DNA from: Mytilus trossulus
Taxonomy: Eukaryota
NCBI RefSeq assembly: GCF_036588685.1
Contig: NC_086378.1
Span: 20,646,001-20,710,000 of the forward strand
Length of the DNA stretch: 64,000 nucleotides
Reading direction: 5' to 3'
Position numbers and translations under genes: made by a program. A model generated the notes under the pieces. It did no database searches, was not told the origin of the DNA, and saw only the letters and a list, made by a program, of their open reading frames with translations. Below, one piece after another: positions 29,901 to 41,900 of this stretch. Numbering within the stretch: the stretch's first letter is position 1; the number at the start of each line of letters is the position of its first letter.

Positions 29901-32900
29901 CACATAAAAATATTTATTTTTCGTGCAATGTTCATTACAGAATTTTTTTCACGTTCAACATGAAATTATATCTTATTTTACGTTATTTTCGTGCAAGCAC
30001 CCCCCTTTACCACCCTCAGCAAACCCCAGAATTTCCACTCTAATAATACTATTTTGAAACAAATATCTGATATAAAGTAAGTAGTTATCCATGATACAAC
30101 ATAAGATAAATGTTGTAAAGAAAGATCATTTTAACAATTCAAGATAAATGTTACAATGTAAAATAAATTTATGTTACAATTTAAGATATATGTTACAATG
30201 TGAGATAAATATTACATTGTAAGATAAATATTACATTGTTAGATAAATATTACAATGTAAGATAAATATTACATTGTGAGATAAATATTACATAGTAAGA
30301 TAAATATTTCAATGTAAGATAAATATTACAATGTAAGATAAATATTACAATGTAAGATAAATGCTTTCTTTTTGCAAATGAATAGGAGTTTATTTTTTCA
30401 TAGGAAGAAAATGAACAGTTAGAAGAATTGACGTCAGATCTACAGAGAAAAAGTGTAAAGTTATCATTGAAACAGCAGGCTGTGGATGCTAAGAGAATGA
30501 AAGTGGACAACATCCAGTCACAAAATAATCAATTGATAATTGAGATGAACCACAAAAGAAAAATGATTAATATGATCTGTGCTAAAGCTAGAACTATCTT
30601 TGCAAGGAATGCCATTAAGAAGGATTATAAAGCTGGAGTTAGGGTATGTATCAATAGTTTAATACTGTATATAAAGCTGGAGTTAGGGTATGTATCAATA
30701 GTTTAATATTGTATATACCACAGATCTATCAAGGGTATGTATCAATAGTTTAATACTGTATATACCACAGATCTATCAATATAAATGTTTGGAAATGTGC
30801 ATATTTATATTAAAAATTTAATTTTGATGTAACGCTTCTTCTGATTGGCTGACGTTATTTTGTTATGAGCATTTGACCGTGACGTCATCAATGTTTTTTC
30901 ATGCTTTTCTACGGTTTAAAAAGGAATTTAGAATTAAATTATAAGAAATGACTGTAATATTTTTTCTGTCTATTCGAAATAACATAAAAAAATTGGTGCA
31001 TACTGTTAAATAACCCGCTACACGTGTTATTCAGTGTGCACCAAATTTTTTATGTTATTTCTTCATAGACAGAAAAAATATTACAGTCATTCCTTAAATA
31101 ATTTATATCTTGAAACATTTTAGTATTAACTTGTGTATCATTCCTCTAATATAATTTTGGCACATTTTTTGCATTTATGAACAAAGAGAAAAAAAGACCT
31201 TTTTCAACATGACAATAAAAATAAACTTTTTACCTGGGATTATGTCCTTGGAAAAAAAGCAACACTGAGGCCAAAAATAAATAATTGTTTGTTTCCCCAA
31301 ACCCGACCCTATCAAGTCAGGTGAGGGTAGGTAGGTAGGTAAATTATTTTATTTTTTTGGTAATTTTTTTTTTTTGTACTTGTAAATAGGAAATTACAAA
31401 CCATCATTATAGGGCTGTATTTTAAATTCTAGGGTGTATTAAGCTATCAGTTTCCTCATGTCAGATTTATCAAATAAAACTCTATGTATAATTTGAAATA
31501 GTTTATTTAATTGGGTTTCTTTTGGGTGGTAATTTTCCAATAATGACACAGTCTTTGTTGCCCCCACAGCTGCACAGAAGGTACATAAATTGGGCTGTGC
31601 CACAGTAGTCATAATACGTGAATTCAACATGTGTTCGTCACAGTCTATCTGTAGGTGCACATTCAACACGCCTTCAACAGCATCACCTGAAATAAAGAAC
31701 AAGAGATCTTTAATAAATAAAAAAATAATATCCTAGAGTACTTTGTATATATATATATATATATTGGGAATTTTCGATGAAGGAAATGTCTAAAATACTG
31801 AGCCTTCTGTTTATTATATTAAGCAGTATAATCTGTCAGAAATCTGTCCAAGTTCAACATCAGAGTGTTCTAGTAGAATGAAGTTTATACCGTTCATTGA
31901 AGTATGCAATTTTCCACTGAAAAAGGATTTGAACATTGAACCCATATCAAACACTGAATAACTCAATGGAACATGAATATAAAATATAATCAACTGAGAG
32001 TGTATGTTCGATGTGGAAATTTCATTCAATGTTGGGTAACAAAATCATGCTATGCAAGACCATGTTATTATACATTAAAAATGATAAGAAAATCTTTTGG
32101 GAATACTATAAAAGCATTCCTTCAGGTGTGATAACAGATCAACAACAGTAGTCATACTTGGTTAGCAGTCTGTCGAATGCTCTTGATTCTCGAACAGTTA
32201 CCATTGTGGCAGCCTTCTATTTAGAGAAGTATGCATGGACTGTCTGCTTTAACAAGACTAGTGTGGAGTGATCTGCTTTTATTAGGGACCAAATGATTAA
32301 TTTAAATCAATTGCTTTCAGGCCTCAGGTTAAATTATTAAGGGCATAAGGAAATCATTAGGGAATTTAGGTAAAGGGTTTAAAAAATTGCAAGAAAAAGA
32401 ATGCAAACAAAGGTGGGGAGACTCTCCTTATCCTAAAAAAGTCTACCTTTGCTTGCAAGAAATAGATGTTGGGACGGTCACTTATTATACATACCTGTTA
32501 ACTTGTTAATAGCTTCTTCTTTTCCCTTAGAAAGTTTGTTGACAGCTTGACTGGCTCCCATAATTTTGTCAAAGGTGTTGACAACATTTGAGGAGGAGGC
32601 TTCTTTTTCTTTAGAGGTCCCATCAATATTAATGTCAATGCAAAATTTCAAAATTTTAAATATGTATAGGAAGATGTGGTATGAGTGCCAATGAGGCAAC
32701 TCTCTATCCAAATAACAATTTATAAAGGTAAACAGTTGTAGGTCAAGGTACAGCCTTCAACATGGAGCCTAATGGCTCACACCTAGCAAGCTATATATAT
32801 AAAGGCTTGTATAAAAAGTAAAAACACAAAAATACTGAACTCCGAGGAAAATTCAAAAAGGAAAATCCAAAAACAAAAGGCAAAATCAAAAGTCCAAACA

Positions 32901-35900
32901 CATCAAACGAATGTTGAATTGTTGAATAAAGGGCCCCAAAATTACATGTGTAAAACCATTCAAAGGGGAAAACCAACGGTCTAATCTATATAAAAAAACG
33001 AGAAACCTGTATAAATTACATAAACAAAAAGTCTTTATTAAAGTCTAGTGCCAGTTTCATGTCATCATCGTAGTGTGGACTAAATATTTCTGTAGAACCA
33101 CTTTTTTAGATACACAGATGTGTTTTTTGTCACGAGCATCCTCCTCCTCCTCAGTCAATTTTAAATCGGCTATCACGTCCTCACATATGTTTTCGAACCT
33201 TTCCTTCTTCGAAAATGTGCGCAATACATTTGTTACCAAGTCTTTCTTAAAGTTTCCAGCCGAATTCTGTATTTATTAATAATAAACGGCAACAAAAACT
33301 GACAGAACGGCGTCCATGGTAATATAAGAACAGTCTAGAGAATATTGTTCTGAATATCGTAAAGACCCGAGACCACGTGGAAGAAGAAAGCCAAGTCGCG
33401 TCATCAAGGAGTTTTCAACAATGCCGATTTCAAAGGCGCTTTGAAGAACAGCGTCTCCTTCTTATGTCTTATGTTTTGATTTTTCCATTTCATAGGAGCA
33501 CCGCACCACCACATGAATTTTGATAAAAAAAAATTCTACACAAAATCGGCAATAAAATTAATCCGGTCGCTGCGATTTTTCCGGGTTGGTCGGGATTGGG
33601 GAAACAAACAATATTTTATTTTAGGCCCGAACATGTTTGGACATAAGTGTTATAAATACGTTACTTAGCTGCTGAAGGAATGATTTTGATACTTGGTAAT
33701 AAGTTATATGTTACTTAGCTGCTGAAGGAATGATTTTGATATTTGGTAATAAGTTATATGTTACTTAGCTGCTGAAGGAATGATTTTGATATTTGGTATA
33801 GTGGTTTATAATGTTGAGTTGTACCATGTATTAAAGTGATGTTTTATTTTTATTAGACCCAATGTGCTTTTAAATAAGTAATTACACTTTACTAAACTTC
33901 TGTACAAAGGAGTGTTAGAATGGTTGTCTGGAAATTTAAACTGTTAAGTTTTACAATGTGAGGGATTTTCATATCTGCTGAATAGACCCTTTCTGTTTGA
34001 AAATATTTACTTAAAGGAGAAGGAAACCAAAAAAAAAAATTTGGATAAATTAATAGAAAATTATTATATAAATATATTTTTAACAACGTTTGTATTAAAA
34101 AAGTGTACCGTTATGAAATAAATCAATATTTTACAATTATCAATTTTGAAATTCCCGCCTCCATGTAGGCAGCCATTATTGTTTTAGCCCTGACGTCACT
34201 CCTACGGTTCCGGTTTACCTGTTCCAGCATCTGAAACTTTGCAAAACTAATTCTATTTACACACGTACCGCGATGGAAAACGGAAATATCCAAAATCAGA
34301 TGGGTCTTGTTGCTTACAACTTCGAACCTGAGCTCACTGTTCAAGAACTTGAAGATCGAAATAGAGCTGCATTAGCATCTTCTGAAGCTGTAGTTCAGAC
34401 ATTGGATGAATGGTGCGAGTGTGGGAACTGTCAGGAAATGCCGTCCCTTGAAGAAAATGTTTGTTGTAGGGTATCAGATTTGGTGCTACCGAACTTGGAA
34501 GACCACAACTGCATTACCATGCACCATAGTTATGACACCTTAATTTTAAATTCCGATGTATTAGCACTGGCTTACATTCAGATGATGATGTACAAGGGAC
34601 AGCAAGGCCGAGCGCCGGAAGAATTGAGCAACAGGTGAATTTTTGGACATTTTAAAAGTTTTATTAACCAGAATTAAATAAAAAGGTTTCCTTTCAAACT
34701 AACTTATATCTGGTTGTCTGCACAAATAATAGACACAGAGACAATTTATTTAAAAAAATATTGGGGGGGGGGGGGGGGGGGTAGGGTGAGGTGGTCCTTC
34801 AAAAATTTTAATATTGTCATTTCCCATTAAGTACACGTCGATTAATAATGAGTTTGAACACTGCCTACTATAAATTGAAATTGTTCTCTCACTATGAGAC
34901 AAAAAAAAAAGTGAATTACAAAAAAATCTATTTTTTTTTTCTTTTTTTTTTCAAAGTTTTCACCAACAAATGCAAACTTTAACAGGAACCATGAGTCAGA
35001 GTGGGTCAACTGAACTTGGAACTGTATACACCGAATGTGACTATTATTAATGTCAGCATAACTTTCATTCTATTGAAAAGAAAATATAATATTTGCTCCG
35101 ATTTTTCGAGTGTCTTTAAGTGGAATGATACTATATAAAAAAGATGCTGTATGACTGCCATGAGACAACTCTCCACAAGAGACCAAAATGACACAGAAAT
35201 TAATAAAATGTATTTTTGAATGTCATAACCACAATCCCTTTCTATTCTTCTTTGAATATGACTTCCTGAAATCAACAAATTTGTACTAATATATAAGACA
35301 TATATCAAGCACCACCTCTTGAGCAGAATCAGCCTGCCTTTCCCCGAGTTAAGTGGTTTCTGGTTGCAGTCTTGTTTTCAATGTTTTATTTTGAGGACTG
35401 CTGTTTGCCTAGTCGTCAAATGCTCAATGTTGGGAGACTTTTTCATAATTAATGCCCAATGTCTTTTGGACAGATAGAATGACAGATGAAGTAAAGTGGT
35501 TACTATATATATCTTTTCTCATCTTTGGTGACCATGTGAAATAAATTAAACTACATGCATTATTGTCAGTTCTGTTGAAATTTGGATAAATCCATTTTTT
35601 CCAAAATCTATCATATATTTGATGCTTTCATTTTCATTTGTATATTTTATTACAGACAATCCCGTCTTGTTGCTTACAGACAATTCATTTGTTGGATGCT
35701 TAAAGGAGAAAAACTTGGAAAAGGAAGAAGGGTGGTAATTCCTTCTTGTGTTGTCAAAGACATTAGAGATTCCTTCCCAGAGAACAACAATGATTATACA
35801 GGATTTCAAGCTGCTATAGATGTGAGAGAACTGTTTTGTTGAAATGTTTTAAAATCATAATGACAAAGGATTTGCAAAGAAACACAAAAATTATACATGA

Positions 35901-38900
35901 ATGTGATAGTTTTGTATGAAGCTAATAATATATTGTTAATTATATAAACTTGTATAAACTGTTGCCTTTGAATAATTATTAAAAACTACTGCATTTATAT
36001 ATGCACCTGTCCGGAGCCTGTTGTTTAGTGGTAGTCTTTTGTTGGTGTAGTTCATATGTGTTTTTTTACTTTTAGTGGTCTAAAACCAATGTCTCTATTC
36101 ATACAAGAGTGCACACGCTGAAATGTCTCGCCTTCTTTACTTATCATTGATATTATGTTGAGTCCTAAATATAAAGCTTTATTACTCTGAGCAATGACAA
36201 TGAGGTCAAGGTCAAATAAAACCTGCATGACTGACATATAGATAATAAAATATTTCCATACACCAAATATAGTTGACCTATTGCATATAGTATTAGAAAA
36301 AAAGACCAAAAACTCAAAAACTTAACTTTGACCCCTGAACCATAAAAATGAGGTCAAGGTCAGATGACACCTGTCAGCTAGACATGTACACCTTACAATC
36401 ATTCCATTCACCAAATATAGTAGACCTATTGCATATAGTACAAATGTAGTATAAGAAAAACCGACCAAAACACAAAAACTTAACTATAACCACTGAACCA
36501 TGAAAATGAGGTCAAGGTCAGATGACACCTGCCAGTTGGACATGTACACCTCACAGTCCTTCCATACACTGAATATACTAGACCTACTGCTTACAGTATC
36601 TGAAATATGGACTTGAACACCAAAACTTAACCTTGTTCACTGATCCATGAAATGAGGTCGAGGTCCAGTGAAAACTGTCTGACAGGCATGAGGACCTTGC
36701 AAGGTACGCACATACCAAATATAGTTATCCTATTACTTATAATAAGAGAGAATTTAACATTACAAAAAATCTTAACTTTTTTTTCAAGTAGTCACTGAAC
36801 CATGAAAATGAGGTCAAGGACATTGGACATGTGACTGACAGAAAGTTCGTAACATGAGGCATCTATATACAAAGTATGAAGTCTTCCGCCTTCTAAAATA
36901 TAAAGCTTTTAAGAAGTTAGCTAATGCCGCCGCCGGATCACTATGTACACCAAACAATCATCATAATCATTACATAAACAAAATGTAGTTATCCTTTAAG
37001 CTGTGTAGAGATTGAAGAAAACAACTGAATATACTAATGATATAATTCACCAAAAAACATACATACAATCAAACTCCCCCCCCCCCCCCCTTTCACCTAA
37101 CAACCAAACTATATGCAAGATATGATTTGCAGCAGGCCAAGTTTACGAGCATATTACATCCACGCCAGGGACTTACAACCTTACGACTTTTCAAGGTGCG
37201 CCAGAGGGTTGCATCCTGTACTGCAAATCATGTTCTGCTTAAATTATATGCAAGTATTTGATAAAGCCAAAATGAAATAGAAAATATGGAAATTCGTAAG
37301 TACAAAATGTATGTATGTCATTTGGGAAGGCATAAATTTATTTTTTTAAAGAAAAACATGTATATAATGATCATTGTAATCACATTAACATACATCATGT
37401 ACATGAACAGTATATATCTATTATCAAATTACTTTAACCAAACCCTCTGGTATGAAACTCAAGGTCAAGTTAATCCTTATATTCATAATAAAACTGAAAT
37501 ATTCATTATTCATTGTTGAAAGTGACATTAAACACCAAAAATTAAATCAATCATTCCAAAAAAAAAAACCCTCACCAGAACATTATATGATTTCATACCA
37601 TGCTGCATGTATGAACTGAATGACAAATTTATCATGTTTGTACAAATGTACAGTGCTGGGAAAAAAGATGCTTGCATGATACAAAAAAATACCCCCAGTA
37701 AAATGGTTGTTTCATATTTATATCAAGAAAAATATTCAACTGGATTTTTCAAATCGAGAAAAATGTTTCTGAATCAATGCAGATTTTGAGGGAACAGGCA
37801 AAGGAGCAATATTTCCTTCCTGTGCCCTTTCCTTTACTGGCAGTGTCATTGTTTCTTTTTGAACCAACACGTTTTCGATCATAGCAAATACCCACTGATA
37901 ATTTTTGTTATTAAACACTGGCTTTGCCACCCATTGCCCAGTTGCCTTTGGACAAACCAATTTGTATGCTTTTTCACCATCTTTGTTGACCTTTTGACCA
38001 CGATTTTGGTTAAGATTATGATCAATTACCGCCAAAGCAGTACGTGTCCACATTTGATCATTATCGAATTCCTGGCGTTTTGGTGTATATTTCAGCAACA
38101 GACTGTGAAAAACTTCTAAATTTCCTGTATGACAAAATTCATTTAGCTGACGAATGTCCTTTCTCAAACGCTTGTCCAACACTACTTCCTTTAATGCCTT
38201 ATGGGCTTTTGAATCTTTTACAAGCCATTTTTTAGTGTCAGACACTTCAGGTTCAATTGGTGTGTGAGCACATTGCTTGAAGAATTTACCCTCAAAAGAG
38301 TGTATATCAACAGTATGATTTACAATGGAAATCCAGCTTTCTTCCAAAATGTCCTTATCTCCACCACAATTACTGGCACACCACCACAAATGATTACAAA
38401 TAGATTTCATCCAATGGTTTAAATCTTCGCAACCTTTCCCTTTAGCCTTCAATGTTAGCTTTTTTTTAATCGATTTGCACAAGTGCCAAACATCAAACTG
38501 ATGTTGCACTTCCGGAAATTCCTTCTTCATGATGCTTCTTATCTGAACATGCCGATCCGTAGCTAACACCTCAATCCTGAACCCCATGTCAAGCAGAAGA
38601 GTCATGCATCTTCGAAAACCTTCAACTTCCATTTTTGAAGATGACCCAGTTTCAGTAACCTTGACAACAACAAATGTAATAATGCGTTGGGTTTCAATAT
38701 CAAGTAGAGAATAAGTGCAATACTTTGCACTAAAACCTGGTGAATCACACCTTCCATCACCTGCTAGCCGTATCTGGCGATTTTGTTCTTTGATTTTCTT
38801 TAACTCTACTTCTTGCAGTAAGGACCACGTGTGTTGAACAACAGGCATTAAATATTGTCTTTGAATTTTGTTGTAGGTGGTGTGTGAAATATATTGTAAG

Positions 38901-41900
38901 TTACAAAATTCTGCAAACTGTGATATGTGGCTGTATGTTTGACCACAGAATAATGTTGCAGCACTAACTAATAAATTTCCAACTGGCATCTTGCCAAGGA
39001 ATGGTTGTGAACTCCATTTTACAACTATGTGTCCACTGGTACAATTGGCAGTGATGGTTATTACAGTTCCATTGGACAAGTCTTTAACAATGTCATCTGG
39101 ATCAACCGGACATTCACAAATGTTGCATTTTAATTTGTTGATTAAAGTGTCAATTGCACTTTCAAATACAATAAATTTGTTTTCTTTAATTAACTTCTGC
39201 TCTTCGGTGTAGCATGTTGAAATGTCATTTTCAAAATTGTCTGAATCGGACTCTACCTGGTCAACACTTAGACTGTAATCAACATCTTCTGGATCATCCT
39301 CTTGTGTCAAACTTACAAATGACTCATCCAAAATATGTACAGGAGTAAAAATTGGTTCTACTGCACATTTTTGAAAATCAGTTTTTAAAGGAGTAGAAGA
39401 AATGAAGATTGGTTTGTCTTTTTTAGCAGGTGTTTCACTAGAACTGGCATGTTGAATTTCTGAAGACGTATCTACCTCTGCTTTAGATTTTGAGTAGCTA
39501 TGATCAAAAACCAATACATTTTCATCTCCTTTAATTTTTCTGCATACTTCACATGGATGTCCACAAGGAAGAATTTCTGGTATGGTCAATAAAGGTAATT
39601 TATCATGTTGTTCAGCATGAACAGGAACATTCTACAATAAATAAAATAAAATCATGTTATTTTTTTTAATCAGCATACATTTAATGCCCCTACAGAAAAA
39701 CTAGAGTTGACACACTTTTTACACGAGTTCAATGTGAGATAAACTCTTTCAGACAGACATGTACGTGGTTGTCGTTTGTTTATGTGTTACATATTTGTTT
39801 TTCTTTCCTTTTTTTATATAAATAAGGCCGTTAGTTTTCTTGTTTGAATTGTTTTACATTGTCATTTCAGGGCCTTTTATAGCTGACTATGCGGTATGAG
39901 CTGTGCTCATGGTTGAAGGCTTTACGGTGACCTATGGTTGTTAATTTCTGTGTCATTTTGGTCTCTTGTGGAGAGTTGTCTCATTGGCAATCATACCATA
40001 TCTTCTTTTTTATATGTAGGCCATACAATCATTCCATACACCATTTAGTTAACCTATTGCTAAAAGTATCTCAGAAACAGACCTCATAAAGAAATTGAAA
40101 TTTGACCAATGAACCATGAAAGTTCAACTGACACCTACCAGACAGACATACACACCATACAATATTCCATACACCACAAATAGTACAAATCAGAGAAATT
40201 AAGCATTGACCAATTGCAATGAACCATGACAATAAGTTCAAGGCCAGATGACACATGTCAGTTGGACATGTACACCTTACAATCATTCCATACACCAAAC
40301 ATGCCAAATATAAAAGACCTATTGCTTATAGTATCTGAGATAGACTTGACCTAGAAAACTTCACCTTGTTCACTGACCCATGAAATGAGTTTGAGGTCAA
40401 TATGAAAACTGACAGAAATGAGAACCTTGCAAGGATTCAGATAGAAAAATATGCAATGGGGGACCAAACAACACATGAATTCACTAATGGCTATAGTGCA
40501 TGAGTAAATTATCAGTGTTTTTCAGTTATGTATTGAATATTTTATCATATTTTAATTCTTGGATTTTATGGAATCTGAACTATAATGATTAAATTACAGG
40601 TTTTTTATGGCATAATTCTGGTAGGAATCTTGATAATAATGGAAATGGGATTTTCCCAGATTATGACGATGTAAAAAAGTTTTTTAAAATAAAATTTATT
40701 TTCAGCATGTAATAGGAAACATACATATTATATTAATATTTGGCCAAATTGCAATATTGACATACATAGAATAAAGGATGGAAACAGAGAATGTGTCAAA
40801 GAGACAACAACCCGACCAAAATTTACATAACAACTCAATGCCACCAATGGGTCTTCAACGTGAGAAATCCAGCATCCAGAGGCAGGCTTCAGCAGACCAC
40901 GAAACATTAATTTATACTATGTACTGATTAAAATTTTCTTAGCCATGATTACCTGAAGAAGACTTTAACTGTTAAAAAATACATGTATATGTCATATATT
41001 ACATGTATCTTCATTGTAAGAAGTTACAGTAGATACATTTAATCACTAAAGCTACCTTACCCTTAAATTTAATATATATTATAAACCTATATTACCCTAC
41101 AATCTTAGGCTATTTGAATGGTTTGAATTAATTGCTGTTTGTGATTTGTTGTATCAAAGGCATAATTCACAGAGTTACATATAATGCAATGTTACTCATA
41201 TAAATGTAGCAAATATTTTATTGTCTTTTTTATTTATCAGTACTTATAGCAATTATAGGCCCAAATCATAATCATTGTGAGACAAGACAGAATACAATTG
41301 CTGTTACATGTATACTGTCATATATGATTAAATATATGCCATATAACATGATTAAAAGAAATGATATTTGACCCAGAAAATATATACAAGTACAAATGTA
41401 TATGACTACATGTTCATGTTACCACAAGAAGTTATGATAATTCATTAACCTCCTCTCACAAAAAATACTGTTGTTTTTGAGTCGATATTATATTTTAATT
41501 ATTTAGTCATATAGGTGACTCTACAATTATTGAAATCAGTTTGTGAACATAAATCTCCTTTATCATGAAGGGAGACAGGAGCTCTTGGTTGATATATTTA
41601 GATGTCCAGGGCCTACTTTGATTCGCCCAACTCAGGTAGCAAAGTGTTAATGCGCATGTGCGTACCTCTACCGAATCGAAGTGAAAACTTTCATCGAGTT
41701 AACTCTAAAAATGGACGCTAAATAATAATTTTCGTTGTATTAACAACTATGCACATATATAATTATAACATAACTCAGGAACTAATTAGAATTTACCCTT
41801 CTTAAATTGTTCCTGCATTAAATTTCACAGAAACTCAGTGAACCGGTCTGTAGATTTTCGATTTTTATCAAGCGTTTAATTTAAATTAGCAACATATTTC

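Noticed and set aside
27973-30010. Possible 2-kb TIR element starting AGGGGGACAACC
   Set aside because: I could not find a matching inverted terminus or TSD.
34273-35842. A genuine P2X7 receptor gene
   Set aside because: No transmembrane or ectodomain exons are present. Only the Cys-rich C-terminal-like domain occurs, and it lies inside transposon TIRs.
41500-41600. Possible extra transposase exon (APVSLHDKGDLCSQTDF)
   Set aside because: No convincing splice sites, and exons 2 and 3 already join in frame without it.
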